Numbered from the stretch's first letter, positions 42,398-52,884 are shown. The stretch is DNA of 64,000 nucleotides from Anaeromyxobacteraceae bacterium (GCA_047602405.1 JASGHJ010000002.1:3104001-3168000), one strand, 5' to 3'. Notes: a model not told the origin generated them from the sequence alone. Translations and numbers: made by a program.

Positions 42398-43542
42398 TCT
42401 ACCTCGACCACAACGCGATCACGCCCGTCCGGCCCGCGGCGAAGGCCGCGGTCGCCGCCGCGCTCGAGGTCTACGGCAACCCCTCCTCCGTCCACGCCGC
42501 CGGCCGCGCCGCGCGCGACCTCCTCGACGTGGCGCGCGCGCAGGCCGCCCGCGCGCTCGGCGCCGCCCCGTCCGAGCTCGTCTTCACGAGCGGCGCCACC
42601 GAGTCGGCCACGATTGCGATCCGCGGCGTGCTGGGCGCGGCGCCGCCCGGCCGGCGCCGGCTGGTCGTGACCTCGGTCGAGCACCCGTGCGTGCTGTCGC
42701 TCGCGCGCGCGCTCGAGAAGGCCGGCACGCCGGTGACCGTGGTCCCGGTGAACGGCCGCGGGGTGGTCGAGCTCGAGACGTGGCGCGCCGCGCTCGGGCC
42801 GGACGTGGCGCTCGCCTGCGCGATGCGCGCGAACAACGAGACCGGCGTGCTCCTCCCGGTGGGCCTGCTCGGCGCGGCGGCCCGCGAGGCGGGCGCGCTC
42901 TTCTTCTGCGACGCGACCCAGGCGGTCGGGAAGATCCCCGTCGACGTGCGCACCCTCGGCGCCGACCTCGCCGCGCTCACCGGCCAGAAGCTGGGCGGGC
43001 CGCGCGGCGCGGGCGCGCTGTGGGTCCGGCCCGGCTTCCCGCTCGCGCCGGTCGCCGGCGGCGAGCAGGAGCGCGGCCGCCGCGCCGGCACCGAGAACCT
43101 GCCGGGCATCGCCGGGCTCGCGGCGGCGCTCGAGGTCGCGACCGGGGCGGTGGAGGCCGAGGGCCCCCGGCTCGCGCGGCTGCGCGACCGGCTCGAGGCG
43201 GGCCTCGTCGCGGCGGTGCCGGACGCGCGCGTGAACGGCGCGGGCGCGGAGCGCCTCCCGAACACGGCGTCCATGACGTTCCTGGGCTGCGACGCCGAGG
43301 CGCTCCTCATGGCGATGGACCTCGAGGGCGTCTGCGCGAGCGCGGGCTCCGCGTGCCACTCGGGATCGACGAAGCCGTCGGGCGTGCTGCTCGCGCTCGG
43401 GCTCTCCGAGGAGGAGGCCCGCTCGACGATCCGGTTCTCGGTCGGGTGGACGTCGACCGAGGCCGAGGTGGACGAGGCGTTCCGGAAGATCCCGGCGCTG
43501 GTGGCGCGGGTCCGCGCGGAGATCCCGCGGGTCGGGCATTAG
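42394..43542 (+). CDS. Cysteine desulfurase (IscS/NifS family)
   Basis: IYLDHNA, GNPSSVH, FTSGATE, NNETG, RAGTEN, SAGSAC; apparent CTG start overlapping the upstream TGA. Confidence 0.9.
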   Translation: MIYLDHNAITPVRPAAKAAVAAALEVYGNPSSVHAAGRAARDLLDVARAQAARALGAAPSELVFTSGATESATIAIRGVLGAAPPGRRRLVVTSVEHPCVLSLARALEKAGTPVTVVPVNGRGVVELETWRAALGPDVALACAMRANNETGVLLPVGLLGAAAREAGALFFCDATQAVGKIPVDVRTLGADLAALTGQKLGGPRGAGALWVRPGFPLAPVAGGEQERGRRAGTENLPGIAGLAAALEVATGAVEAEGPRLARLRDRLEAGLVAAVPDARVNGAGAERLPNTASMTFLGCDAEALLMAMDLEGVCASAGSACHSGSTKPSGVLLALGLSEEEARSTIRFSVGWTSTEAEVDEAFRKIPALVARVRAEIPRVGH

Positions 43543-43543
43543 C

Positions 43544-43592
43544 GCGCCCCTCGTCTCCGCCGCCTCCGGCGGCTACGCTCGGGGCTGACGGG
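43544..43592 (-). repeat. REP-like GTAG-hairpin repeat, variant copy
   Basis: Minus strand CCGTCAGCCCCGAGCGTAG-CCGCCGGAGGCGG-CGGAGACGAGGGGCGC; between convergent genes. Confidence 0.7.
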
Positions 43593-43621
43593 GCCGAGGG
43601 GGCGACGGCCGCCGCGTCCGG

Positions 43622-44533
43622 TCACTTCACCCCGAACAGCCCGCGCACCACCGCCGCGATGGCGAGCGGCGTCCCGATCGACGGGTCGTACTGCGCGGCG
43701 ATCTCCTTCGCGAGCTCGAGCGCGGACGGCCAGCGCTCGGCGGGGTCGGCCGCGAGGCAACGCAGCACGATCGCGTCGACCTCGAACGACAGCTCCGGCC
43801 GCACCTCGGAGGGCGCCCGGAGCGCGCCCTGCAGGATCTTCTGCGCGACCGCGTTCACGTCGGTGCCCGGGTAGGCCCGCTCGTTCGTGAGCGCCTCGAA
43901 GAGCAGGCACCCGAGCGAGAAGACGTCGGAGCGCGGCGACGGGTTCCCGCCCCGGAGCAGCTCGGGCGCGAGGTAGCTCACCTTGCCGTGCACGCCGCCC
44001 ACCCGGATCCGCGTGGTGGGCGTGACCGCGACGCCGAAGTCGCCGAGCTTCACCTCGCCGTTCTTGGAGATGAAGACGTTCGAGGGGGACACGTCGCAAT
44101 GGACGACGCCGAGCGGCTTCCCGTCCCGGTCGGCGCCGTCGTGCGCGTGGGCGAGCGCGTCCGCGACCACGTGGCCCACGTAGAGCGAGAAGTCCGCCGG
44201 CAGGAGGATCCGGCGCTCCGCGCAGCGGGCGATGACCTCCTTGAGGTTCCGCCCGTCGACGTACTCCATGACGATGTAGGGCGTGCCGTCGGCGACGCCC
44301 GCGTCGAGCACCTCGACGATGGCCGGGTGGGCGAGCCGGCGGGTGACGAGCGCCTCCTGCTCGAGCATCGCCACGTACTCGGGATCGCTCGCGAGCTCCG
44401 GCAGGAGGCGCTTCACCGCGACCTCGCGGCCGGCCTTCGGCCCTTCCACCACGACGCCCTGCCACACCTCGGCCATCCCCCCGCGACCGACGAGGTTGCC
44501 GAGCGCGCAGCCGGCGAAGAGCACGGGCGCCAT
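43622..44533 (-). CDS. Ser/Thr protein kinase (catalytic domain only)
   Basis: GRGGMA, VAVK, HCDVSPSN, DFG, APE. Confidence 0.88.
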   Translation of the reverse strand: MAPVLFAGCALGNLVGRGGMAEVWQGVVVEGPKAGREVAVKRLLPELASDPEYVAMLEQEALVTRRLAHPAIVEVLDAGVADGTPYIVMEYVDGRNLKEVIARCAERRILLPADFSLYVGHVVADALAHAHDGADRDGKPLGVVHCDVSPSNVFISKNGEVKLGDFGVAVTPTTRIRVGGVHGKVSYLAPELLRGGNPSPRSDVFSLGCLLFEALTNERAYPGTDVNAVAQKILQGALRAPSEVRPELSFEVDAIVLRCLAADPAERWPSALELAKEIAAQYDPSIGTPLAIAAVVRGLFGVK

Positions 44534-44539
44534 CGGCGG

Positions 44540-45466
44540 CTACTTGTGCCTCGAGAGCGCCCGGTAGGCCGGCTCGCCGCGCAGGGAGTCGAGGTCCTCG
44601 TCGTGGTCCATCGAGTCGGCGGTGACGTAGCCGTTGAGCGCCGCGATCTGCAGGTACCGGAGCGCCAGATCCTTCTCGCCCTGCAGGGCGTAGATGCAGG
44701 CCATGTTGTAGTAGGCGTCGCCGAAGTCGGGGTTCACCGCCAGCGACCGCTTGTACCAGTCGAGCGCGCGCGGGAAGTCGTTGCGCATGCGGTAGGTGAC
44801 GCCCACGCCGTTGTAGGCCTCGGGCACCGTCGCGTCCTCGTGGAGGGCGGCGAGGAAGCGGCGGCGCGCCTGCTCGAAGTTGCCCTCCTGCAGGTAGGCG
44901 AGGCCGTCCTTCAGCTCCTCGCGGGCGCGCTCCCGCGCGGCGCGCCGGTCGCCCGCCGCGGGCGCCTTCGGGCGCGGCGGCCGCGGCGGCGGCCGCTCGG
45001 TCGCGGCGACGGGCTCGGGGTCGGGCTCGACGACCGGCAACGGCGCCGGCCTCGCGCCGGGCCGGTTGAAGGTCATGCCGCCGTTCTTGCCCGCCGGGCC
45101 CTTGCAGCCCTTCGGCAGGTGCACCGCGCCGGCGAGGCCGGCGTCGCCGACGAGGAGCACCGCGCTCGCCCAGGCCTCCTTCTGCTTGCAGCCGGGCGAC
45201 TTGAAGAGCGGCATCCGGAGCTGCCCCGCGAGCGAGTCGTCGAGCAGGGTCGCCTTCAGGATCTCGTCGCCGGGCTGGAGCGGCAGGCCTTCGGTCGGCG
45301 AGAGGACGGTGCCCTTCCACGCGGCGCCGTCCGCGACGATGCGCACGCGCCCGAGCGGCGAGTCGTACTCGCCGGCGACCGCCGGCGTCGCGGCCGTGGC
45401 GGAGGCGGCGTGTGCGGCGGCGTAGGCCGCGGCGAGGATCGCGAGGAAGTTCGAGGGGACGCGCAC
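44540..45466 (-). CDS. Secreted TPR protein
   Basis: Signal peptide; TPRs (EAYNGVG, DAYYNMACIYAL, DEDLDSLR). Confidence 0.8.
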   Translation of the reverse strand: MRVPSNFLAILAAAYAAAHAASATAATPAVAGEYDSPLGRVRIVADGAAWKGTVLSPTEGLPLQPGDEILKATLLDDSLAGQLRMPLFKSPGCKQKEAWASAVLLVGDAGLAGAVHLPKGCKGPAGKNGGMTFNRPGARPAPLPVVEPDPEPVAATERPPPRPPRPKAPAAGDRRAARERAREELKDGLAYLQEGNFEQARRRFLAALHEDATVPEAYNGVGVTYRMRNDFPRALDWYKRSLAVNPDFGDAYYNMACIYALQGEKDLALRYLQIAALNGYVTADSMDHDEDLDSLRGEPAYRALSRHK

Positions 45467-45504
45467 GGGGGCATTCTATCCTCCCTCTGGGCCCCCACCG
45501 TCGC

Positions 45505-45533
45505 TTGACACCCGGGCTCCGGGGCCCTAGGAT
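45505..45533 (+). promoter_or_regulatory. Sigma70 promoter upstream of 6S RNA
   Basis: TTGACA-N17-TAGGAT. Confidence 0.65.
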
Positions 45534-45613
45534 CCCATCATCAAAACTTCCCGTGAATCCGGGCGGTTATAGCTCTTTTCCAGGTCTGCCTGCGGCGACG
45601 CAGGCAACAAGCT

Positions 45614-45801
45614 GCCCCTGCAGAGCGCGTGATTGGGCCTCGAGTCGTTTGGGCCGACTTTGAACCAAGCGGAGCGTCCGACCACACCCATGTGCAAGCT
45701 CCCAGCTTCGAGGGAGAAGCCTACGGGCGCTGGTGACACGGATGCCCCACCTGTAGAAATACAGGTCCAAGCAACCGGGCCACACGGCTCACGCGGGGGG
45801 C
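45614..45801 (+). ncRNA. ssrS: 6S RNA
   Basis: ~188 nt non-coding; ends pair (GCCCCTGC...GCGGGGGGC) and are followed by a T-run; lies directly upstream of 5-formyl-THF cyclo-ligase (known synteny). Confidence 0.8.
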
Positions 45802-45850
45802 TTTTTTTCTGTCCTCGGACCTGACCAGGCCCACCCAGACGAAGGCGTCC

Positions 45851-46414
45851 GTGCGCGCGGAGGTGATCGCGCGGCGCGCGACGCTCTCGCAGGACGCGCA
45901 CGCGGCGCTGTCGCGGGCCGCCTGCGAGCGCCTCCTCGCCCACCCGCTCCTCCGCGAGGCCCGCACCGTGGCCCTCTACGCCGCCCTCGGCAAGGAGCTC
46001 GACCCGGCCGGCGCCGCGGACGCCCTCCTCGCGCGCGGCGTCCGCGTCGTCTACCCGCGCCTCCGCGCCGGCGAGCGGCGCATGGCCTTCGCGGCGTGTC
46101 CGCGCACGGCGCTCGTCGTCGGGCCGCTGAAGGCGCTCGAGCCGCCGCCGGACGCGCCGGAGCTCGACGGCGCCGAGGTCGACGTGATCGTCGTCCCCGC
46201 GGTCGCGTTCACGCCCGACGGTCATCGCCTCGGCCGCGGCGGCGGCTACTACGACGCCACCCTCGCCGCCGCGCCGCGCGCCCGCCGGGTCGGCCTCGCC
46301 TTCGACCTGCAGGTCGTGCCCGCGCTGCCGCGCGAGGACCACGACGCGACGGTCGACGCCGTCGTCACCGAGCTGCGCACCCTCTCCCCCGCCTCCGGAG
46401 TGCCCACGCGATGA
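45851..46414 (+). CDS. ygfA: 5-formyltetrahydrofolate cyclo-ligase
   Basis: VPAVAF, RLGRGGGYYD; true start may be slightly upstream. Confidence 0.9.
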   Translation: MRAEVIARRATLSQDAHAALSRAACERLLAHPLLREARTVALYAALGKELDPAGAADALLARGVRVVYPRLRAGERRMAFAACPRTALVVGPLKALEPPPDAPELDGAEVDVIVVPAVAFTPDGHRLGRGGGYYDATLAAAPRARRVGLAFDLQVVPALPREDHDATVDAVVTELRTLSPASGVPTR

Positions 46415-47206
46415 AGATCCTGTTCCTCGGCGACGTGTTCGCGAAGCCCGGCCGCAACGCGGTGACGCGCCTCGTGCCGAAGCTGATCACGACGGAGGGA
46501 CTCGACCTCGTGGTCGCGAACGCCGAGAACGTCGCGAACGGCTCGGGCGTGACCCCGGAGCTCGCCGAGGAGCTCCTCGCCGCGGAGGTGAACCTCCTCA
46601 CGAGCGGGAACCACATCTGGTCGAAGCGCGAGAATCATCCCGTACCTCGAGGCGCCGGGCTCGAAGCTGCTCCGCCCCGCGAACTACCCGAAGGGCAGCC
46701 CCGGCCGCGGCAGCGCCATCGTCGAGACCCCGGACGGCCGGAAGCTCGGCGTCGTGAACGTCGAGGGGCGGGTGTTCATGAAGAACCTCGACGACCCGTT
46801 CCGCCGCGCCGAGGAGGAGGTCCAGGCGCTCAAGGCCCAGGGCGCGGTCGCGATCCTCGTCGACGTGCACTGCGAGGCCTCGAGCGAGAAGAACGCGCTC
46901 GGGCACTTCTTCGACGGCCGGGTCTCGGCGGTCGTCGGCACGCACACGCACATCCAGACCGCCGACGAGCGCGTGCTCCCCGGCGGCACCGCCTACATCA
47001 CCGACGTCGGCATGTGCGGCCCGTGGGACTCGGTGATCGGCGTGAAGAAGGAGCTCGTGCTCGACCGGTTCCTCACGCAGCGCCCGGTGGGCTTCGAGCC
47101 CGCGCGCCGGGACGTGCACCTGCAGGGCGCGATCATCGAGATCGACGAGAAGACCGGGAAGGCCCGGTCGATCCGGCGGGTGCAGGAGCGGCTGCCGGAC
47201 GAGTAG
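46411..47206 (+). CDS. ymdB: YmdB-like metallophosphoesterase (frameshift at 46632)
   Basis: MKILFLGD, NAEN, TSGNH, RPANYP, HCEASSEK, GTHTH, TDVGM. Confidence 0.9.
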
Positions 47207-47235
47207 CCCCGGCCAGCGCGGCCCTGGTTCAAGGC

Positions 47236-47289
47236 CCGTTCGTCCCGAGCGTAGGGCCCGCGCAGCGGGCCCGGAGACGAGGGACGCCC
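47236..47289 (+). repeat. REP-like GTAG-hairpin repeat
   Basis: Near-identical to the 10643 copy; between convergent ymdB and tyrS. Confidence 0.85.
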
Positions 47290-47293
47290 CCGG

Positions 47294-48556
47294 TCACTCC
47301 ACCACCAGCATCGCGTGGTTCCGCTTCCCCTTCTGCACCATCAGGTAGCGCCCGTGCAGGAGGTCCGCGCTCCCGAGCGTCCGCTCTGGCGCGGCGACGA
47401 CCTCGCCGTTCACGAGGAAGCCCTTCCCCTGGATGCCGCGCTTCGCGTCGCCCTTCGAGGACGCGAGCCCGCTCTTCACGAGCGCGTCGAGCACGCCGAG
47501 CCCCTCGAGCTCCGCGCGTCCGACCTTCACGCTCGCGAGCTCCCGCTCGAGGAGCGCGAGCACGTCCCTCGAGACCTCGCGGATCCCGCCGCCGCCGAAG
47601 AGCACCTTCGCGGCCGCCTCCACGTTCCGGAGCACGGCCTCGCCGTGGATGCGGGTCGTCATCTCCTCGGCGAGCCGGCGCTGGGCGGGGCGCTTCCCCG
47701 GGTCGCGCGCCTGCTCGTCCATGAGGCCGCGGATCTCCTCGATGGAGAAGAACGTGAAGTAGCGCAGCCACCGCTCGACGTCGCGGTCGTCGGAGTTCAC
47801 CCAGAACTGGAAGAACTTGTACGGGGAGGTCTTCTGCGGGTCGAGGTAGACCGCGCCCTCCTCCGACTTGCCGAACTTCGCCCCGGAGGCGGTGGTGAGG
47901 AGCGGGAGCGTGAGGCCGTGGACGGAGGCGCCCTCGCGCCGGCCGATGAGCTCGGTCCCGGCGGTGATGTTGCCCCACTGATCGGAGCCGCCCATCTGCA
48001 GCTCGCAGCGCTCGGTCTTCCAGAGGTGCCAGAAGTCGTACGCCTGGATGAGCATGTACGTGAACTCGGTGAACGACATGCCGGTCTCCATCCGGCTCTT
48101 CACCGAGTCCTTCGCGAGCATGTAGTTGATGGTGAAGTGCTTGCCCGCGTCGCGGAGGAACTCCATCAGGCCGAGCGGGCGGAGCCAGTCGGCGTTGTTG
48201 CGCACCCGCGCCGCGTTGGGGCCCTCGAAGCGGAGGAACCGCTCGAGCTGGGCCTTCTGGCAGGCGACGTTGTGGTCGATCTGCTCGAGCGCGAGCACCG
48301 GGCGCTCGGCGCGCTTGCCCGACGGGTCGCCGACCATGCCGGTGCCGCCGCCGACGAGCACGATGGGCGTGCCGCCGCAGCGCTGCAGCCAGCCGAGCGC
48401 CATGACCGGCACGAGGTTGCCGACGTGGAGCGAGTCCGCGGTCGGGTCGAAGCCCACGTAGCCGGTGATGGAACCGGCCGCGAGGCGGTCCTCGAGGCCG
48501 GGGGTGTGGTCGGAAAGGAAGTCGCGGGCCTTCAGCTCTTCGATCAGCGTCGCCAT
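47294..48556 (-). CDS. tyrS: Tyrosine--tRNA ligase
   Basis: [35 protein letters not shown]4 domain. Confidence 0.97.
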   Translation of the reverse strand: MATLIEELKARDFLSDHTPGLEDRLAAGSITGYVGFDPTADSLHVGNLVPVMALGWLQRCGGTPIVLVGGGTGMVGDPSGKRAERPVLALEQIDHNVACQKAQLERFLRFEGPNAARVRNNADWLRPLGLMEFLRDAGKHFTINYMLAKDSVKSRMETGMSFTEFTYMLIQAYDFWHLWKTERCELQMGGSDQWGNITAGTELIGRREGASVHGLTLPLLTTASGAKFGKSEEGAVYLDPQKTSPYKFFQFWVNSDDRDVERWLRYFTFFSIEEIRGLMDEQARDPGKRPAQRRLAEEMTTRIHGEAVLRNVEAAAKVLFGGGGIREVSRDVLALLERELASVKVGRAELEGLGVLDALVKSGLASSKGDAKRGIQGKGFLVNGEVVAAPERTLGSADLLHGRYLMVQKGKRNHAMLVVE

Positions 48557-48571
48557 GAGAGGGCGCGCATC

Positions 48572-49183
48572 TTACTTCTTTTCGGCCCCCTTGAAGCCCG
48601 TCCCGAGCACGTAGATCTCGTAGCTCGCCTCGCGGGTCGCCATCGGCCGCACGACCTTCACCTTCTCGAACCGCGCCTGCAGGTCCTTCTTCAGGGCCGG
48701 GAAGTCGCCGCCCAGGAACAGCTTCGCGACGAAGGAGCCGCCCTTCACGAGGAGCTGGTCGGAGACCGCGAGCGCCATCCGCACGAGCTCGAGCGAGCGC
48801 GTCTCGTCGACGACCTTCACGCCGATGGTCTTCGGCGCCATGTCGCTCGTGACGAGCCGGTACGGCCCGGGGTGCAGCGCGCGGATCTTCTGGATGGCGT
48901 CGGGCGCGAGGAGGTCGACGACGGCGGTCCTGACCCACTTCTTCCCCAGGTTGCGGATGGGCTCGAGGTCGACGCCGACCGCGACGCCCTTCTCGCCGAC
49001 CGCCTCGGCCAGGATCTGGAGGAAGCCTCCCGGAGCGGCCCCGAGGTCGAGCACCGCCTCGCCGGGCCTGACCAGCTTGTGCTTGTGGAGGATCTCCTCG
49101 ATCTTGAAGGCCGAGCGCGCGCGCAGGCCGGCCTTCTTGGCCTTGCGGTAGTAGAAGTCCTTCGGATCGTAGGGCTTGGCCAT
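48572..49183 (-). CDS. rlmE: 23S rRNA Um2552 methyltransferase (FtsJ family)
   Basis: RARSAFKI, LDLGAAPGG, SDMAP, F.AK, SYEIY. Confidence 0.9.
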   Translation of the reverse strand: MAKPYDPKDFYYRKAKKAGLRARSAFKIEEILHKHKLVRPGEAVLDLGAAPGGFLQILAEAVGEKGVAVGVDLEPIRNLGKKWVRTAVVDLLAPDAIQKIRALHPGPYRLVTSDMAPKTIGVKVVDETRSLELVRMALAVSDQLLVKGGSFVAKLFLGGDFPALKKDLQARFEKVKVVRPMATREASYEIYVLGTGFKGAEKK

Positions 49184-49327
49184 GGCTCGGTGAGGGCGTG
49201 CGGTGTGCGGTCCCTCACTTCGCGGTGACGGACGTCGCTGGTATCCTGCGGGCCTGTCCCTGCCGTCAAGCGCCTGGTCTCTCGAACAACCGCCTCCACA
49301 CCCGCCCTCCCGCAGCCCTCCGGAACG

Positions 49328-49684
49328 ATGACCCGCCTGTCCGCCGCCCTCTTCCTCGCGCTCGCGGCCGGCGGCGTCGGCCTCGCCGTGCACACGACCC
49401 GCCGGGTCGACGCGCTCGAGGCCGAGCTCGCCGAGGCCCGGCGCGAGGGCTCGGAGGCCGGCGCGTCGTTCGTGGAGACCCTGCGGGGCGAGCACGCCGA
49501 GCGGCAGCGGGTGCTGTTCGAGCGCCGGCGGGTGCTCGCGCTCGACCTCGCCGCCGCCCGGCGGGACCGGCTGCTCGCCATCCTGGGCGCCGCCGGGGCC
49601 GGACTGATGGCCGGGGCGCTCATCCTCCTCCGCCGCATCGCGGCCGAGATCGAGGAGGACCGCAGGCACCTCCAAGGCTCGTAA
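49328..49684 (+). CDS. Small membrane hypothetical protein
   Basis: Two hydrophobic segments; host-like codon usage. Confidence 0.6.
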   Translation: MTRLSAALFLALAAGGVGLAVHTTRRVDALEAELAEARREGSEAGASFVETLRGEHAERQRVLFERRRVLALDLAAARRDRLLAILGAAGAGLMAGALILLRRIAAEIEEDRRHLQGS

Positions 49685-49844
49685 ACTCGCACCTTTGCGG
49701 TCCACGTTCCGTCCTCATGAGACCCGGGCGCTGTGCCTTGACGGACCGCTCCGCGCGTGGGAAGAAGCGGGTCCCCGGGAGGGTTGGGTCTGAAAGGACG
49801 GCCCCACCCCACAGGCCAGCCCCCGAGCAAGGAGACCGCGAGCG

Positions 49845-50153
49845 ATGGCGACGTTCATCACCGAGGAGTGCATCAACTGCGGCGCGTGCGAGCCTGAGTG
49901 CCCGAACGGCGCCATCAGCCAGGGTGACGACATCTACGTCATCAACCCCGAGCTGTGCACCGAGTGCGTCGGCTTCCACGACGCCGAGGCGTGCGCCGCG
50001 GTGTGCCCCGTCGACTGCTGCGTCCAGGATCCGAACCGGCAGGAGACCGAGGAGCAGAACTACGCGAAGCTCGCCAAGGTCCACGCCGGCAAGGAGTTCC
50101 CGGCGCTCGCCGCGCTGCCCGCGACCCTGTCGCGCTTCCGCAAGAGCGCCTAG
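49845..50153 (+). CDS. YfhL-like 2[4Fe-4S] ferredoxin
   Basis: CINCGACEPECP and CTECVG...CAAVCPVDC; SD AAGGAG. Confidence 0.92.
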   Translation: MATFITEECINCGACEPECPNGAISQGDDIYVINPELCTECVGFHDAEACAAVCPVDCCVQDPNRQETEEQNYAKLAKVHAGKEFPALAALPATLSRFRKSA

Positions 50154-50177
50154 CCGGCTGCTCGCAGCGAAGCACGA

Positions 50178-50220
50178 GAAGCCCCGCACGCCTTCGATGG
50201 CGCGCGGGGCTTCGTCGTTT
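50178..50220 (+). terminator. Intrinsic terminator after the ferredoxin
   Basis: GAAGCCCCGC...GCGGGGCTTC stem with a short T-rich tail. Confidence 0.55.
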
Positions 50221-50268
50221 CGGCCCTGGCCTTCCGTGCTCGAGGGAAACACGGAGCGGTCCCTCACT

Positions 50269-50320
50269 CCGTTCGTCCCGAGCGTAGGCCCGCGCAGCGG
50301 GCCGGAGACGAGGGACGCCC
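50269..50320 (+). repeat. REP-like GTAG-hairpin repeat
   Basis: Near-identical to the 47236 copy; between convergent genes. Confidence 0.85.
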
Positions 50321-51055
50321 TACCTGATCCCGAACACGAGCTCCACGCTCGTCGAGACCTCGAGCTCGCCCGGCTCGACCGGCGCGCCCTGGTCCTCCGC
50401 CTTCCCGCGCATCGCCATCGCCATCATCGGCATCGGCACGGGACGCCCGCCCCCGCCCTCGTCGATGGAGAGCACCTCGCCGAGCCCCACGCCCGCGGCG
50501 GTGGCGAGCGCCTCCGCCTTCGCGCGCGCGGCGACGACCGCCTTCTGGAGCGCCTCGCGCTGCGCCGGCCCCGGGTCCTCCCGCTCGAACGACACGCCAT
50601 CCACCGAGTTCCCGCCCACCGCGGTGATGCGGGAGAGGATTCTGCGGGAGGTCGGCGAGCTTTCGCACCGTGATGCGCGCGGTGTTCGTCGCGGTGTAGC
50701 CGGTGACCGCGCCCTGGCGCCCGTTCACCCAGGGTCGCTCGGCGGCGAGCTGGAACTGGCTCGTCTGGATGTCCTTCTCGGCGACGCCCGCCTTCGCGAG
50801 GTCCGCGAGCACCGCGCGCATCCGCGCCTCGGCGTCGGCGGTCGTGGACTTCACGTCCTTGCCGGTGATCTGCACGCCGGCGGTGACGCGGGCGATGTCC
50901 GGCTTCACCTGCACCTTGCCCTCCCCCGTGACGCGGATGGTGCGGAGCGGCTGGGCGGGCTGGGTCATGGTCGGCGGCGGTGGGCGAGGCGTCTGCGCGG
51001 CGGCCGGGCCGGCGCAGGCGGCGAGGGTGAGGAGGACGGCGGCGTGGGTTCGCAT
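50320..51055 (-). CDS. SIMPL (DUF541) domain protein (frameshift at 50638)
   Basis: IRVTGEGKVQVKPD, DIQTS, GYTATN, ARAKAEALA...LGEV. Confidence 0.85.
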
Positions 51056-51196
51056 GGTGGGGTCTCCGGGTGGCTTTCCCCGTGTAACGCAGGACCGGAC
51101 CTGGCGATCTCTCACGGGAGGGGCCCGGGGAACCGCTTCCAGTCCGCCGTTGACCCAGTCCTTTCGCGATGCTACGTACACGCTCCCTGCAGCACC

Positions 51197-51273
<77 letters not shown>

Positions 51274-51277
51274 CATA

Positions 51278-51323
51278 AGCCCCCGTCACTACTAGGGATT
51301 CGTCCCGGGGTGACGGGGGCTTC
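51278..51323 (+). terminator. Hairpin after the tRNA
   Basis: 13-bp perfect stem AAGCCCCCGTCAC/GTGACGGGGGCTT. Confidence 0.6.
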
Positions 51324-51486
51324 TTCGTGCCCATGCGCGGTGGGGTGACGAACGGGGTGACGGCGTCGCCCGCGCGGCGCTGCTCGGCCTCTCAGTGCAC
51401 ACGGTCCTGACGGCCGCCGCGACCATCGGACAACCCGCGATCGACATGGCCCTGTAGTAGCCTGTACCGAACGTGAGGACCTCTCG

Positions 51487-52658
51487 ATGATCCACCATCT
51501 CTGGATGAAGAACTTCGGCCCGTACGAGAGCGCTGACGTGGAGCTCGGCGGGTTCAACGTGATCCTCGGCACGAACGGCTCAGGGAAGTCGCTGCTGTTC
51601 GGGGCGCTCAAGGCGATCGGCCGCATCGCGCGCTTCCCCCTTCGCTCTGCACGGCCCCACCTGGATGGCTACCCGACTCGTACCGGTCACGTGACCTTCG
51701 ACGAGATCGTCCACCGTTGTGACACCTCGCGCACGATGCGCCTCGGCGTGAAGTTCACCACGAAGGAGGTCAGCGGGGAATACGAGGTCGCCGTCGGTCA
51801 CTGGCACAACCCCGGCGGAGTCGTAGTCTCGGAACGCCTCCACGCCAAGAATGCACTGGGGGAACTGAAGATCAGCGCCCACCCCGACGGCAGCCTCGAT
51901 GCTGAGCCAGCATTGTCGATGCCCACCGGGAGGTTCCGTACCCCCCGCGTCGTCTCAATCCCTGGCCTCCTCTTTCGCTCCAGGGATCCCAGGGAGGCAG
52001 CGATCGCGGAGCAGGTGCAGAAGGCTCTCTCTGAGAGGACGACCATCTACAGGTTCGACCCGACGGCACTCAAGGCGCCCGCGGAAGTAGGCAAGGCGCT
52101 TTCACCCACGGGCTACAACTTCGCTACGTACCTCGATCAGAATCCGAAATCAAGCGGGAGGCAAGCAGGAGTTTGACGCGCTGTTGGATCGGTTCAGATC
52201 CGCGTGCCCGCACGTCGAGGACATCTTGCTGCCCTTTGAAGAAGGGCCGTCGGCTAGCACACCCCGGAAGCGACTCGCCTTGGTCATGCCCGGTGAATCG
52301 ACCCCGAATCCCCGGCGACCTGGAAAGCGACGGGACGATCCTCTTGCTCGCGTACGCGTCGCTCCTGCACGGCCACCGCGCTCAGGAGACTCTTTGCATC
52401 GAGGAGCCTGAGAACGGCATTCACCCGAAGGCTGTGGCTCATCAGGTCCGAATGCTGCGCCAGCTCTCACAGCCCTACAATGACCGACCTGGCGCCCAGG
52501 TACTCATCTGTACACACTCCAAGCGCTTCTTCGACGAGGTGAAGGACGACCCCTCGGTTCTGCGCCTCGTTCGGAGGGGTGGTGACGGGCGCTCGTCGGT
52601 CGAGACACCGAGCCCAACTCAGGTCGCTGCTCTGGCCGGTTGGGCTGGGTTGAGTTGA
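51487..52658 (+). CDS. ABC/AAA_21-type ATPase (two apparent frameshifts, at 52140 and 52306)
   Basis: KNFG, GTNGSGKS, ESDGT signature, IEEPENGIHP, ICTHS; removing one A at each GAATC gives a single ORF. Confidence 0.8.
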
Positions 52659-52664
52659 TGACAG

Positions 52665-52692
52665 TTGACAGCGGCCTCGGGAATCGCATAAT
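52665..52692 (+). promoter_or_regulatory. Sigma70 promoter of a putative sRNA
   Basis: TTGACA-N16-CATAAT. Confidence 0.65.
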
Positions 52693-52698
52693 TCAGCG

Positions 52699-52827
52699 CG
52701 TGGGCTGGCGTCCCCCTTAGTGACGCCGTACCGTAGTCCCCGTGGGTTGGCGTTCCCCTTAGTAACGCCTTGAGATTTCAGGTAGTTAAGGCCGCCTCCG
52801 TCCCATCGACGGGGGCGGCCTCTTTCT
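52699..52827 (+). ncRNA. Putative small RNA with two repeated hairpins
   Basis: 29-nt direct repeats at 52699-52727 and 52741-52769; identical loops; compensatory stem change; bounded by promoter and terminator. Confidence 0.6.
52789..52827 (+). terminator. Intrinsic terminator
   Basis: AGGCCGCCTCCGTC-loop-GACGGGGGCGGCCT followed by CTTTCT. Confidence 0.65.
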
Positions 52828-52884
52828 AGCCCCTGTGACACGCTCGTCTTCCACTGTCAGTCGCGCCTGCTAGGCTGCGGAGCC

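Noticed and set aside
52681..52708. dif/pdif site (GAATCGCATAA resembles a XerC arm)
   Set aside because: No TTATGTTAAAT-like XerD arm; the CATAAT is explained as a -10 box.
52699..52769. Mini-CRISPR (two 29-nt palindromic repeats)
   Set aside because: The spacer is only 13 nt and there are no cas genes; promoter, terminator and covariation fit an sRNA better.
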